Origin: Takakia lepidozioides
Taxonomy: Eukaryota > Plantae > Bryophyta
Length of the DNA: 64,000 bases
Direction: 5' to 3'
Assembly (NCBI GenBank): GCA_030704615.1
Contig: CM060732.1
Location: forward strand, 79,112,001 to 79,176,000
The notes under the pieces were generated by a model. It was not told the DNA's origin, made no database searches, and saw nothing but the letters and a program-made list of their open reading frames with translations. Below, one piece after another: positions 12,280-24,597 of the stretch. The position numbers and the translations under genes are program-made. Positions within the stretch are counted from its first letter, which is position 1; each line of letters starts with the position of its first letter.

Positions 12280-13225
12280 GTCGCCTCCTATGTCTTGTCT
12301 TTCGGCAGATGCCCACATGTTTGCATGGTGTATACCCCCGCAACTCGACGCTGGGAAAAAAATCGGCCTCAAACTACCAAAGGATAATTTAGTATATAGT
12401 GCAGATGGAGGCTTATTACTTTGCACATCGGACGAGGGCGATGCTGACTCACCATGGATTGTGTTCAATCCTCTCTTGAACAGTTCCAGACAATTGCCTG
12501 CCCTGCCTCTCGCCAACTCAAGACTTTTGTGGGATGTGGACATGGTGCAGTTGATTGTGGATAGACGCAGCAAGACCTACAAGGTCATTGCGATATCAAC
12601 CGAGTATCGCAGGGACGACACTGGGTTACATTGGAGAACACACATGTATGACTCAATATGCGAGCGTTGGACCGAGACTGGAAAGATGCTGGCATGTGAA
12701 GGGTGCTGGTGCTGTGCAGGAAGTGTGATATGTGGCCCTACTCTCTTCGCTCTATTTTATGGACGCGAGCATGACAGCGTTTTGATGGTTTATGACATGG
12801 GTACCGGTGTGTGGACTCAAGTTGTTACACAAATGCCTGGTTGTCGTGGAGTTGGTTCCCCTGGACCTGCTTCTAGGTTTGTAGAGAGTGAGGGGCGCCT
12901 ATTGCTGGTTGGGATTCTTCACCATCGAGATGATCGACTCGTAGTAGCAATATGGGAGTTCAAAGTTTCTCCAAAGACTGCAGAGTGGGTGGAGATTGCA
13001 AGAACAGCCATTATGTACTACGATTTTCAGGTGGTGAGCCATGACAATTTCATATTCATTTGGACTGGCGTACCCCATCCAGAAGTTGTGATGTACGACA
13101 TGAAGGAACACACATGGCCATCCCCTGGATTCTCGGGACCACCTGGTTTACAACCTAGGACCCAGGAATGCTAGAGTATTCAGATGGTTTTGGTTGGCGG
13201 TTTTAGCTTAGGTGCAAAAGTCTAG
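12280..13225 (+). pseudogene. F-box/kelch-like paralog A, lacking the F-box domain
   Basis: Homologous to the 15138 and 17066 copies. A deletion joins the upstream sequence (equivalent to ~16980) to the equivalent of ~17225. Frameshift in the A-run at ~12355-12362 and premature TAG at 13174. Confidence 0.85.
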
Positions 13226-13445
13226 ACAAGCTTTTATTTTCTTTGGACATGATCCAATTCCGTCGGTTTCTTGTATGGCTTCTTATTTCCCTCCCTTTCC
13301 ATCCTCTATGCTCAGGCATTTGGCAGACATCTCTACGAGGGTAGTAGTTCACCTTCATGTGTAAAAACACGTTTGGTTTAATCCAGTTTGGATAGTGTGG
13401 GAGTGCACCTACTTTCCAGCTGCCAGGCCTTTTGTCTTGATGCAC

Positions 13446-13739
13446 TTATTCAATCTTGAGACAGATGTAAGTATGCGAATCTGCTGAAAGGCCTCCTTCA
13501 TTCAAAATTTGCAGAGCCTCTTTCAGTTGTCCTGCCTGACATATTGTCCTCACCAGCACACAACTGCCAGAAGAGATCTTGTGGACTCCCTTTCCTCGTC
13601 CTCTTTTGAAATAGGCGGACATGCTCGAGGTGCCTGATTTTATGGACTGTGATGCTGCTGCTTCCAGTTGAACATCTGCCCGTGCAGGTTTCTTGTGGCT
13701 ATTAATCCACAGTGCCTCATCTAGCCTCCTCGAATGCAT
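13446..13739 (-). pseudogene. 5' fragment of a PPR gene
   Basis: SSGSCVLVRTICQAGQLKEALQILNEGGLSADSHTYICL matches the N-terminus of the 6460 PPR (SSGTCEDMRLLCKAGRLKEALHILKQRGIRADSNTYVCF). Confidence 0.7.
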
Positions 13740-15137
13740 CTGGACTCACACTCCATACCTGCCTTCTTTCTTTCAGCTACTCCTGCGTCTCGACAACAAA
13801 AATGTATAGATCCTCCTTGCCCCTAGCAACTGACATTGACAACCTAATATCTATTTAGCAAACACCCCTATCTTCAATCTCCGCATATTTACTAGTTTGA
13901 AGAAACCTTCATGACTGTCAAGTATAATTGCCAGATTTTGACCATGCGCAATCTCCCTTATATTGTGTCAAGTATACTTACCAGTAGAATCAACCGCAGA
14001 AGAACACCTCCTGTCCCAAGATATTATCCTCTATCCCACAATCCTCCAGAAGGTGTGTTTGAGCAGTTCCATTTCGAGTGATCTCAGACAACAAACTGCT
14101 GTAAGGAAAGACTGAATATTTGAAGACATAACCCAACAAGACCTGCGAAGATGGTCGCACCCATCGTGAACTCTTCGCGAATTGCCTTAAATTCTTCTAG
14201 TGTAATTCTTCTAGTGTGGCTGCCATCCAAGAGACAAACATCTGCGGCTCGCCTCCAAGACGCAAGAATCTCCAACCCACAAAGCACGCTGTGATAAATT
14301 GGACGCCTCAAAGGCAATGGACAATGAGGAGGACAAAGAACCCCCCAAACTCTGCGGCCACTGTACTTGAACCCCCACCGCAGGTCACTTACTGAAATTT
14401 CCTTCATACGCACACTCCAGCCTTCGTTTTGATTCTCTCACTTTCTTTGATTTTGGAGCCGATTAGGTTTATTTTGATGTAACTTTCTTGCGGCCTTTGG
14501 GATGATCTGCTTGCTATGGTCAGTATTGTCCAGCAGATGCAGGATGCGCTCGATATGCAGAAGTCGTGATGCGAGATTTGCAAGCTCTCTAGTAGAGCAT
14601 GTGAAGGTGGTGATAGTTACTTTTGTCATGATTGTGGTTGCAGGATTTTATCGTGCAAATGTTGCAGTGCGAATTTATAACTTGTATAATGCTGCAGTGA
14701 TCCAACGGAAGTGTGCAACGTCAGAGCACCTCAGGAAACTGTGTGGCCTTTGCCTTATTAATCTAGTGAGTCGTTATTTCGCATGCGCGACCCCCGTTCG
14801 CGCGTTTCCCCCCCCCCCCGAGATGCTCTTGGCTTGGTAAGCTTCACTTAGAAGAGCTGATGAAAGAGAAGCTTGTTTGATGGTTGAGTGTGAGAGGGGG
14901 TGTTAGAATTCTCCACACTCGCCTCATTCAATGTAGGACGAGCTCATCACTATTTACTATTGGCGGTTAATTTAGTGCGCCGCTAAGTAGGCAGATCTGG
15001 TATCTGCTGTATTAATTAGCTTCGTGTCTTTGGGGGCTGTCTCTTCTGGGCCTGTATACAGTGTTTAGGTAGCTGCAAGTTTCCTTCTTCGTTGTAAGTT
15101 TCTATTCCATTAGTTTGAATCCAACAGCCTCCGCAAT

Positions 15138-16241
15138 ATGGAGGAGGAGATTTGGAGCAGGCTCCCATTCGAGTTAGTGATGGTAGTGTTGGCCTTTTTG
15201 CCATATCGAAGTCTTGTCCGCTTTCAGTCGGTTTGCAAGTTGTGGAACGCTCTCCCATCGACCGCTAGTTTCCAACAACTTTGTCAGCGACTGCCTCTTC
15301 TTCACGAAGACTCCTATCTCTTGTCTATCCGCAGATGCCCACATGTTTGCATGTTGTACACCCCCACAACTCGACGCTGGCACAAAATCGGCCTCAAACT
15401 CCCGAAAGATAATGTTGTACACAGTACTGTGGGTGCTGCAGATGGAGGCTTATTACTTTGCACATCGGAGAAGGGCGATGCTGACTTATCGTGGATTGTG
15501 TTCAATCCTCTCTTGCATAGTTCCAGACAATTGCCTGCCCTGCCTCTCGCCAACTCAAGACTTTTGTGGGATGTGGACATGGTGCAGTTGATTGTGGATA
15601 GACGTAGCAAGACCTACAAGGTCATTGCGATATCACGAGACCACACTGGTTTACACTGTAGAACACACATCTATGACTCAATATGCGAACGTTGGACCGA
15701 GACTGGAAAGATGCCGGCATGTGAACGGTTCTGGTCCTGTACAGTATGTGTGATATGCGGCCCTACTCTCTTTGCTCTGTTTTGTGGACCAAGTGATGAC
15801 GACTACACTGTGATGGCTTATGACATTGGTGCCGGCGTGTGGACTCGAGTTGCTATACAAATGCCTTTTTGTTGTGTTGTTCCAACGTTTGTAGAGAGTG
15901 AGGGGCGCCTATTGCTAGTTGGGCTTCTTGGGTTTCTTCACGATCGAGATGATCGACTCCTGGTAGCAATATGGGAGTTCAAAGTTTCTACAAAGACTGC
16001 AGAGTGGGTGGAGATTGCAAGAATGGAGATCGCAACAAGGGCAACCATGTACCAATATTTTCACGTGGTGAGCCATGACAATCTCATAGTCATTTGGGCT
16101 GGCATACCCACTCCAGAAGTTGTGATGTATGACATGAAGCAACACACATGGGCATCCCCTGTACTCTTGGAACCACCTGGTTTACCAGCTAGGACCGAGA
16201 AATGCGAGAGTACTTGGTGTGGTTTTGGTTGGCGGTTTTAG
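15138..16241 (+). CDS. F-box protein with kelch-like/beta-propeller C-terminus (paralog B); late frameshift changes the last residues
   Basis: F-box IWSRLPFELVMVVLAFLPYRSLVRFQSVCKLWN, GAADGGLLLC, VFNPL, FVESEGRLLLV. The ancestral terminal SLGAKV* lies out of frame at 16241-16260. Confidence 0.85.
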   Translation: MEEEIWSRLPFELVMVVLAFLPYRSLVRFQSVCKLWNALPSTASFQQLCQRLPLLHEDSYLLSIRRCPHVCMLYTPTTRRWHKIGLKLPKDNVVHSTVGAADGGLLLCTSEKGDADLSWIVFNPLLHSSRQLPALPLANSRLLWDVDMVQLIVDRRSKTYKVIAISRDHTGLHCRTHIYDSICERWTETGKMPACERFWSCTVCVICGPTLFALFCGPSDDDYTVMAYDIGAGVWTRVAIQMPFCCVVPTFVESEGRLLLVGLLGFLHDRDDRLLVAIWEFKVSTKTAEWVEIARMEIATRATMYQYFHVVSHDNLIVIWAGIPTPEVVMYDMKQHTWASPVLLEPPGLPARTEKCESTWCGFGWRF

Positions 16242-17065
16242 CTTAGGTGCAAAAGTCTAGACAAGTTTTTCTTTTCTTTGAACATGATCCAACTCCATCA
16301 GTTTCTTGTATGGCTTCTTATTTCCCTCCCTTTGCATCCTCTATACTCAGGCATTTGGCAGACATCTCCACGAGGGTAGTAGTCAGAATCACATTTGGTA
16401 CACTTCCAGCTTTCACAATGTGAGCGTGGACATCGATACAGCTGAGGAGGTACTGTCAGCTTTAGTTGCTTGATTTATGTGCAATGTAACCACTTATAAA
16501 GCTGCACAATTACTTTGGAGCGTGTCTGTATGCAGCCTTGGTATGTTGAAGCACTGCCATTTTATATAGCATACAGAACCCCCTAAGATTACAAAGTCAA
16601 GTGGATTCGTGAATCTACGTTAGAGATGTGTGTCAAGCGCCCAGGCTTCATTGGATCGATGCAGCTTCCCACGAACTATTCACCGTAAACACCAACAAAC
16701 ACACTGCTGTCTCTGACCTCCGTGCAGAACAAGAGATGGAGTGTCCGACCCGCCAGTGTATCCAGCTTCCACTCTGACATCTCCCTCCCGATTTCACGCA
16801 CACAGTTTCAGGGTTTATGTGTACAAACTACAAACCACAAAAACAGGTAACTTCTACAAAGCACGGCTGGAAATAGTAAAAGGGAAGTGAATGGTTAGCA
16901 AAGAAGGTTCAAGTACCAGAATAGCAAAAGCATGAGCGAGGCTTTTGATAGCAAGTCGGACTCACGGGTATTCTCAGAGTAGTCTTTCTATCCCTTCTTC
17001 TCTTTCCCTCACTCCGTGTTAGGATCACAAGAACACAATTGGAGAGGTTTTGTCGCGTCGGCAAC

Positions 17066-18130
17066 ATGGAGGAGATTTGGCTCCCATTCGAGTTAGTGAT
17101 GGTAGTGTTGGCCTTTTTGCCATATCGAAGTCTTGTCCGCTTTCAGTCGGTTTGCAAGTTGTGGAATTCTCTCCCATCGACTGCTCGTTTCCAACAACTC
17201 TGTCAGCAACTCCCTCTTCACCAGGACTCCTATCTCTTGTCTTTCGGCAGAAGCCGACAGGTTTGCATGTCGTATACCCCCACCACTCGACGCTGGCACA
17301 AAATCGGCCTCAAACTCCCGAAAGATAATTTAGTATACACAGTTGATGCTGCAGATGGAGGCTTAATTTGCACAATGCACCAGGGCCATGGTGCCTTATC
17401 ATTAATTGTGTACAATCCTCTCTTGAACAGTTCCAGACGATTGCCTACCCTGCCTCCTGTCAACTCAATACATGTGGACAAGGTGCACTTGATTGTGGAT
17501 AGACGCAGCAACACCTACAAGATCATTGTGGTATCAAACGAGTATCGCAGGGACGGCACTGGGTTACGTTGGAGAACACACATCTACGACTCAACATGCG
17601 AGCGTTGGACCGAGACTGGAAAGATGCCGGCATGTGAAGGGTGGTGGTACTGTGCAGGAAGTGTGATATGTGGCCCTACTTTCTTCGCTCTAATTCGTGG
17701 ACGAGAGCATGACAGCGTTTTGATGGCTTATGACATGGGTGCCGGTGTGTGGACTCAAGTTGCTATACAAATGCCTCGGTATTGTTTTGCTCCAAGGTTT
17801 GTAGAGAGTGAGGGGCGCCTATTGCTAGTTGGGCTTCTTCACCATCGACATGATCCACTCTTAGCAATATGGGAGTTCAAAGTTTCTACAAAGACTGCAG
17901 AGTGGGTGGAGATTGCAAGAAGGGAGTTCGCAACAAAGGCCACCATGTACGACTATTTTCACGTGGTGAGCCATGACAATCTCATAGTCATTTGGGCTGG
18001 CATACCCAATCCAGAAGTTGTGTTGTATGACATGAAGCAACACACATGGACATCTGTACAGACTGGGACCAAGGAATGCCACAGTGTTCAGGGTTTGGTT
18101 ATCGGTCTTAGTTTAGGTGCAAAAGTCTAG
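17066..18130 (+). CDS. F-box protein with kelch-like/beta-propeller C-terminus (paralog C, intact)
   Basis: ATG at 17066, F-box motif, uninterrupted to GLSLGAKV*. Confidence 0.88.
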   Translation: MEEIWLPFELVMVVLAFLPYRSLVRFQSVCKLWNSLPSTARFQQLCQQLPLHQDSYLLSFGRSRQVCMSYTPTTRRWHKIGLKLPKDNLVYTVDAADGGLICTMHQGHGALSLIVYNPLLNSSRRLPTLPPVNSIHVDKVHLIVDRRSNTYKIIVVSNEYRRDGTGLRWRTHIYDSTCERWTETGKMPACEGWWYCAGSVICGPTFFALIRGREHDSVLMAYDMGAGVWTQVAIQMPRYCFAPRFVESEGRLLLVGLLHHRHDPLLAIWEFKVSTKTAEWVEIARREFATKATMYDYFHVVSHDNLIVIWAGIPNPEVVLYDMKQHTWTSVQTGTKECHSVQGLVIGLSLGAKV

Positions 18131-18134
18131 ACAA

Positions 18135-18395
18135 GCTGTTGCATTGAGGTCAACAGGCAAGTGCATGCAGTGAAGACAAAGTGCATCCGCGTGTGAAGGA
18201 AATCCATGGAGAGGTTCAGAGATTGTCTGGGCAGATGAAGGAGGCTGGGTACGTGCCAGACACAGGATTTGTATCGCATGATGTGAATAATGTGGAGGAG
18301 GAGATGAAGGAATTCTCTCTTTGCCACCACAGTGAGAAGCTGCCCATGCCTTTGGGGCTCATCAGCACCCCTGCTGGAACTAGTCTCCACTCCAC
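18135..18395 (+). pseudogene. PPR E+/DYW-start fragment fused directly behind the F-box C stop codon
   Basis: Near-copy of 11720..11970: HPRVKEIHGEVQRLSGQMKEAGYVPDT...HHSEKLPMPLGLISTP. Confidence 0.8.
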
Positions 18396-19379
18396 AAGAT
18401 CACCAACAATTTTTGGGTTGTTCATCTCAAAGACTGGATAACCCAGCAATGTGAATGACAGTTTTGTTCTTGAATATAATTTTGTAAAGGAGATATAGGA
18501 TACTGACACCGACCACAATTCTTCGTGGCGACCATCTGCTCCAGTGCAGAACTCCTGAAGCCAAAACTTAGAATCCAAATCACACCCGAATTATAAACCA
18601 GGCAGAGTGTTGCTTTTCTAACTTCCTTTCTTGTATACGTGATACATGGGTTTTATATCTTGTTTGGATTGTTATATGTAGTGGTTTACTGTGGCAAAAT
18701 TAGTGCCTATCATCTTTCCCCTCCACAAACACTGTCTGACCCCATCCATCTATGTCACAAATAAGTAAACTTTTGGATAGTGGAATTTTGAGTACATAAA
18801 GAGTGTTATGGATCTCACCTACTCTCCTCTTAGTGAGGGGGTCATCTGGTCAAGCTGTGGATGACTATTTAGGGTCCCTTAGGATAGCCAAAATGACAGG
18901 CATGCAAAAACAACTTCCGTGAACTGTGCAGAGATGCAAAAAAAATCAATGGTAGTTGAAAGTGATGAAATCACAAATACAAAGGAGGGGAAGCAAGCCG
19001 GCCATGTGCCAGTCATGGGTCTAACAGATTTTACCTGTCAATTCACTTCTCTTTTCACTATCTGCTTAAAAAGAACTCCGTTGGGATAGGAGATCACAAA
19101 TACAAGCACACCCGAGAACTTTTCTCCCATCGGCAACAACTGCGTTGGAGTTCCAGGGAATTACAGCACAAGGAGAGCACAACCACACCCGTGCAGGGTG
19201 GTCATGAATATTCTGAGGTGATAATAAGCACCCATGTTTAGCACATTCTTCTCATGTACAACATCCTCTTCCTTGGGGCTCTTGTAAACTCTGTACTGGA
19301 GCAATTCAATGCATAGGTAAACAACAAGAAAGTTTCTCTCAATTTCTTTATCACCGACTTGTACAACCTCTGGTGCTTC

Positions 19380-19560
19380 CAGGTCTTGTCTTCACTTGCT
19401 CACAACCACGAAATCAGCTGGAGACTTGCGGACAACTTACAAGATATGGAGATGATCAAGCTGTCACTAGTGATCTTTTCTTTCTTTCTCAGTCGATGAG
19501 GGGCCCTCTGGATCACAATCTGCCTGGTTGGATGGGGAAACACACTCTCTGGATATTCCA
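19380..19560 (+). pseudogene. Partial duplicate of the P4H 5' coding region
   Basis: TATGGAGATGATCAAGCT and ATCTGCCTGGTTGGATGGGGAAA match 21064..21160. Confidence 0.7.
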
Positions 19561-19578
19561 GGGCATGAATCTTGGATA

Positions 19579-19609
19579 GAGGAAGAGGAGGAGGAGGAGG
19601 AGGAGGAGG
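19579..19609 (+). repeat. (GGA)n microsatellite
   Basis: gaggaagaggaggaggaggaggaggaggagg. Confidence 0.9.
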
Positions 19610-19839
19610 TGCCAAAGCATTTTTAAATTTTTCAAAATTTCAAAATAATAAAAGTAACGTTCGCTAATATCCAGGAACGAATGTACGATAACAGTGTGCA
19701 GTGGATGTGGATGAGATCTCTGACTGAGTCAGTTAGGTGATATACGGACACGTGTGGGTTCTTGGAAAGTGCGGTTCAGAAGAGAGTCTAGAGCGTCCCA
19801 AGAATGAGGCGTGTTCTAGGAAGGATTTGATGCGGGCGA

Positions 19840-20900
19840 AGAATGTTGCACCACAAATTGGAAGCTGCAGCTCACTGGCGGAAGCAGAGCAGATCGATGT
19901 GTGAGTAATCTTATTCCTGTGCCTGTAATTTTTTTGTTTGCTTGTAGGAGGACGGGAAGAAAGCAATTGATTCGTGTGAAGACCGTGTTATGAAGAATAG
20001 AACTGCAGCTCACTGGCAGCAGCAGCAGCGGAACAGATGGATGTGTAAGTAACCCCCTTCTTGTGCCTTGTTAACATTCTTGTCTTTCTCGTGCTTTTCT
20101 ACGCGAGGATGGGAAGAAGCATCTGAGGTGCTTGAAGAATGTTTGGATAAGAGATTGGAAACAGTCAGGAGAGCAGATCGATGTGTAGATCATGGCATTC
20201 TCGTGCTTTTTATCGTTTTTCTGTTTCTCCTGCCTCTTCCCCGACCATGAGTTGATCAAGAAGAGTAGTCAACGCACATGGTTTGGAGAGCTGCCAGATG
20301 TACAAGTCACGGCATTAGCAGATGCTTCGCCTTTTGTGGTTGTTCACTTCTTGGTTTCTTTTCCTGCCTCTTATCCGAGCAAACAGCCAGGATTCACGGT
20401 TTTGTGATTTGGATTAGGCAGGGGAGGAGTCATTTTGAAGAATGTTGCACAAACAATTGGGGCTTGCTGCTCACCAGCAGTAGATGAGAAGATCCATGTG
20501 TAAGCCATCCCATTCTTGATGTTTTTCATCTCCTTCTCTTCTTATCCTAGCTCGAGTTGCATTAAGAAGGATACTTGATTCACACTAGAGTGAAGAGGAG
20601 CCTGATAGAAAAGTTCATACTTCGTTTGTGAGGGAAGGAAGCACTGATGTGCAAATATGAAAAAGACAGTGGAATTTGCAGCTCACTGGCAGCAGGAGAG
20701 TTGATCGATTTGTAAGTCGCCTCATTCTTGTGTTTGTCATCGTTCTTCTCTTATCGGTGCATGAGAAGAGTAGTTGATGTACATGATTTTGGAGAGCACA
20801 CAGATGTACCAGTAGGGGAGTAGCAGATGCTACCCCCCTTGTGTGTTGTTCTTTTTCTTTTTTCTCTCCTGCCTTTTATCTGAGCAACAGCTGCGTTTGG
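19840..20900 (+). repeat. Degenerate ~140-bp repeat array upstream of P4H
   Basis: Recurring GCAGCTCACTGGC...AGATCGATGT-GT(A/G)AG...ATTCTTGTG units near 19865, 20005, 20165, 20465 and 20678, plus a second unit (AGATGTAC...TAGCAGATGCT) at ~20296 and ~20802. Confidence 0.7.
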
Positions 20901-21046
20901 CTGTGCTTGCTTACATAGTTTCTCTCTTATTCTGTTTTCAAGCAGCTGATGTGAGCTGGCTGTCTGTTTCCCTTGTGCAGGTTTGTTTGGCCTCTGGTCC
21001 AAAGTCACTTGGCTGCACACACCCACACTCTGCGAATAGACCCTGC

Positions 21047-22015
21047 ATGGCAGGCCATCTAGGTATGGAGATGATAAAGCTCTTACTGGTCTTGGGATTT
21101 TTTCAATCTATGGGGATCAGGGCAGCCTCTGTAGATGATCTGCCTGGCTGGATGGGGGAAACCCACAATATGAGGAAGGTAGGAAAAGACAAGAGCTATC
21201 AAGGGATAGAGGAGGTTGTGCATTATAATCCTTCGTCAGTGATTCAACTCTCCTGGAAACCTCGAGCCTTTCTGCACAAAGGATTCCTGACAGCTGCAGA
21301 GTGTGACCATCTAGTTGCGCTGGCAAAAGACAAGCTGGAAAAGTCGATGGTGGCAGATAACGAGTCTGGAAAAAGTGTTGCGAGTGACATTCGGACGAGC
21401 TCAGGCATGTTCCTGATGAAGGGACAAGATGAGGTTGTGGGGAGGATTGAAGATAGGATTGCTGCCTGGACTTTCTTGCCAAAGGAGAATGGCGAGTCAA
21501 TTCAAGTCCTGAAGTATGAATATGGTCAGAAGTATGAACCACACTTTGATTACTTCCATGACAAGACCAATCAAGCCCTAGGTGGCCATCGAGTGGCAAC
21601 TGTTTTAATGTACCTCTCGGATGTCATCAGGGGTGGCGAGACAGTCTTTCCTGCTTCAGAGAGCGACGGTCTTCTGAAGGATGACACATGGTCGGATTGT
21701 GGCAAGGGAGGTGTAGCTGTTAAACCTCGGAAGGGAGATGCATTGTTGTTTTTCAGCTTGCATCCTTCGGCTGTTCCAGATCAATTAAGTTTACATCAAG
21801 GATGTCCAGTTCTTGAAGGGGAAAAGTGGTCAGCCACAAAGTGGATCCACGTGTCGTCCTTTGAGAGGCCACTGGCCAAGTCTGCGGGTTGTCAAAATGA
21901 AGATGAGAAATGCGAAGAGTGGGCGGCATATGGTGAATGCAAGAAGAACCCTGCGTACATGGTTGGTACTCCTGAATGGCCAGGAGCATGCCGGAAGGCA
22001 TGCAAAACATGCTAG
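21047..22015 (+). CDS. P4H: Prolyl 4-hydroxylase (2OG-Fe(II) dioxygenase) with signal peptide and C-terminal ShKT domain; CDS intronless
   Basis: LSWKPRAFLHKGFL, RTSSGMFL, YEPHFDYF (HxD), RVATVLMYLSDV..GGETVFP, LHQGCPV..GEKWSATKWIH, ShKT C...CEEWA..GECKKNP.YM...CRKACKTC. Likely 5'UTR intron acceptor TGTGCAG at ~20980. Confidence 0.93.
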   Translation: MAGHLGMEMIKLLLVLGFFQSMGIRAASVDDLPGWMGETHNMRKVGKDKSYQGIEEVVHYNPSSVIQLSWKPRAFLHKGFLTAAECDHLVALAKDKLEKSMVADNESGKSVASDIRTSSGMFLMKGQDEVVGRIEDRIAAWTFLPKENGESIQVLKYEYGQKYEPHFDYFHDKTNQALGGHRVATVLMYLSDVIRGGETVFPASESDGLLKDDTWSDCGKGGVAVKPRKGDALLFFSLHPSAVPDQLSLHQGCPVLEGEKWSATKWIHVSSFERPLAKSAGCQNEDEKCEEWAAYGECKKNPAYMVGTPEWPGACRKACKTC

Positions 22016-22883
22016 ATGGGGATAAACCTTTTGCCTAAGGAGATAATTCACGCTCAAAGCTGTGAGTGTTTGACAAGGGGAACCATTTCCAACTGGTGGT
22101 CTGGAACTGTGCAGACTGCACAACGTCATGAAACTGGCTTAAGCATCTCTGAAGATGGAAAACTTAGCATGCATGCTCAGTCAACATGGCCATCCAAGTT
22201 GTGTTGTTGAAATAAATGGCTTCTGCTTAGCTAGATGCAGCGCAGATAGTTAGTTCTACCAAATAGTGGCCTTGGTAATGTAAATTTGATTAAATTTCAC
22301 CTTCTTGCATCTAGAGTGCAAGCAAGTAGGAGTCTTGGTGGACCAATTGAGAATATCGTTGCAAAACCAATGAACGAGGCCCTTGTCAGATCTTTGGCTG
22401 GCCTTGCTTTTGAGTTCTATCTTTTCTGTACCAAATGATGTATCTCTTAATTCTTTCATTCTACCATGCACCAGTTGCTACTATCTCTCCCGTTTTGAGA
22501 GAAGAAAGTGATGTCTCTCTTAAATTTTTTGTTCAACCATGGACTAGTTGCTTGATGTTTCTCCGGTTTTCAGAGAACAGACTCTAGTCACTCTGAAATT
22601 TAAGTTCAGAGAGCACCCTCTAAGCTTAACCCTTAAACGCCCAACAGACCCTGAAGAAAGGGTGTGAAGTGTGAAGCCTAGGAGACACCATAAACTCAAG
22701 CCTTTTGAACGAACGAATGTCAGGACGAACGAAAATGTTATGCATTGTTACGACGACCTAAACCTTAAACCTTAGAAAGGCAAGGCCTTGGAGGCATTCG
22801 TCGTTGTCGTGCACACAAGTTTGTGGGGAGTGTTGGGGTGTCGCTGGATTGCGAGGTCTGGTGGAGTCAGTGGGGCAGCAGCA

Positions 22884-24597
22884 ATGCTGGCAACGCCCGC
22901 ATGCCAGAGGCCTGCAGGAGATCGATTGATAGCGGAGGGTGACCAGGTGATAGTGTACGAGCGGCATGACCGGATGAAGGCCGTGACTGTCACCAAGAAT
23001 GCGGAGCTGCAAAATAGATTTGGGTTGTTTCCTCACAATGAGTGGATAGGAAAGCCGTTCGGATGCCGAGTGGTGGGGAAGAAGGGCAGTGGGTTTGTGT
23101 ATTTGCTTGCCCCCAATCCAGAGCTATGGACGCTGGTGTTGCCGCATCGCACACAGATTCTCTATGTTGCAGACATCAGCTTTGTGGTGTCATTTCTGGA
23201 GCTCCGGCCTGGCAGCATTGTCTTGGAATCCGGCACGGGAAGTGGGTCGCTCACAACCGCGCTGGCCCGGGCCGTCGCTCCCACTGGCCATGTTCACACT
23301 TTTGATTTCCACGAGCAGCGGGCCGCAGCCGCTAGGTTTTCTCTCCGTTTCTCTCCCATTCTGATGTTTTGAACTGCATACCCAAGCAATGATATCACTG
23401 GTTCCTCCTTTTCGAAATTTTGACTGGGGACAAAATCAGCTTTACATGAAGGAGGAACACGTATGAAATAGGACATAATCCACGTATGTTTTCAAGCAAC
23501 TCAATTGAGGATCTATTCACTGATTTCCATGTTTTTGGCTCAGGGAAGATTTTGAGAGGAACGGCGTGGGACACGTAGTAACAGCGAAGGTGCGGGACAT
23601 ACAGGGGCAGGGATTTCCCCAGGAGTTTTCTGGCCAGGTGGATGCCGTGTTTCTTGACCTCCCACAACCATGGCTAGCAGTTCCATCTGTAGCATCTTCG
23701 CTTCGATCTGATGGAGGTGTTTGCTCCTTCTCTCCGTGTATCGAGCAGGTCCAGCGAACCTGTGAGGCTCTCAGTGCGCCTGAATTCACTGGTATGTTGT
23801 TTGCTACTGCAATGATTCATTTTTGTAGAATAGTGTTTCTGAACTTCCTCAGACCTTGTTAGAAAAGATGTCTGAATTCAATTGTTTTTTAAAGAAATAC
23901 TTCCATGTAATGATTCTTATTCAAGGAGGGAATTCAAAGAGGAGCAGATATAGGCCGCTTTCGTGCTGGGGACTTCAAAATTTTGACCTCCCAATCTTCT
24001 TCAATGCAGCAGGACATAAGCAATTTTATGCAATCGTTGAAGAGCATTGTGATATTGCTGTCCGTTAAATGCAGTTGTGGTCTGCCCTCGGGCAGGGCAG
24101 TGACTGCCAAGGACCGTTTGATTAGTCTCATCACAGATGGAGTGATAGCCATGAACCAGAGAATAAGTGTCTTGACTTGTTTATTACTTTCTATGGTTTG
24201 CGCAGATGTTCGAACATTTGAGGTGCTCTTACGCACCTATGACGTACGCCAGGAGTTTCTCAATAAAAGCTTAGAATGGCAGATGCCATGTAAAAGTGAC
24301 AGTGCCACCAAGTCCCCACCTCACAAAAGGCTTTGTTCTCAGAGGGATTCTGATCAAAACTTGGAGGTCAAGGAGCACCAGCAAGTAGCAGAGGGACAAC
24401 AGGCTTTGATTGCTGATGCAGTTCCCAACTTGGCTGAAACTGTGAACATTGGGTTGAATAAACAAGTCAGTTCTGACTGCAGTAGATTACAGGCTAACGA
24501 AAGAGCTGAAAGACAAACACCCAATGTTATGGCTAAACCACATCCAGAGGCAAAAGGCCACACTGGGTACCTTACTTTTGCCCGCCGGTCCACCTAA
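22884..24597 (+). CDS. TRM61: tRNA (adenine58-N1)-methyltransferase catalytic subunit; exons 22884-23335, 23544-23791, 24206-24597 (363 aa)
   Basis: ELWTLVLPHRTQILY, VLESGTGSGSL, FDFHEQRA, DAVFLDLPQPW, SFSPCIEQV, HTGYLTFA. GT-AG introns join in frame (1092 nt). Confidence 0.92.

Noticed and set aside
13750-14830. Possible LINE or other retroelement remnant between F-box copies
   Set aside because: No RT or endonuclease motif that I can recognise with confidence.
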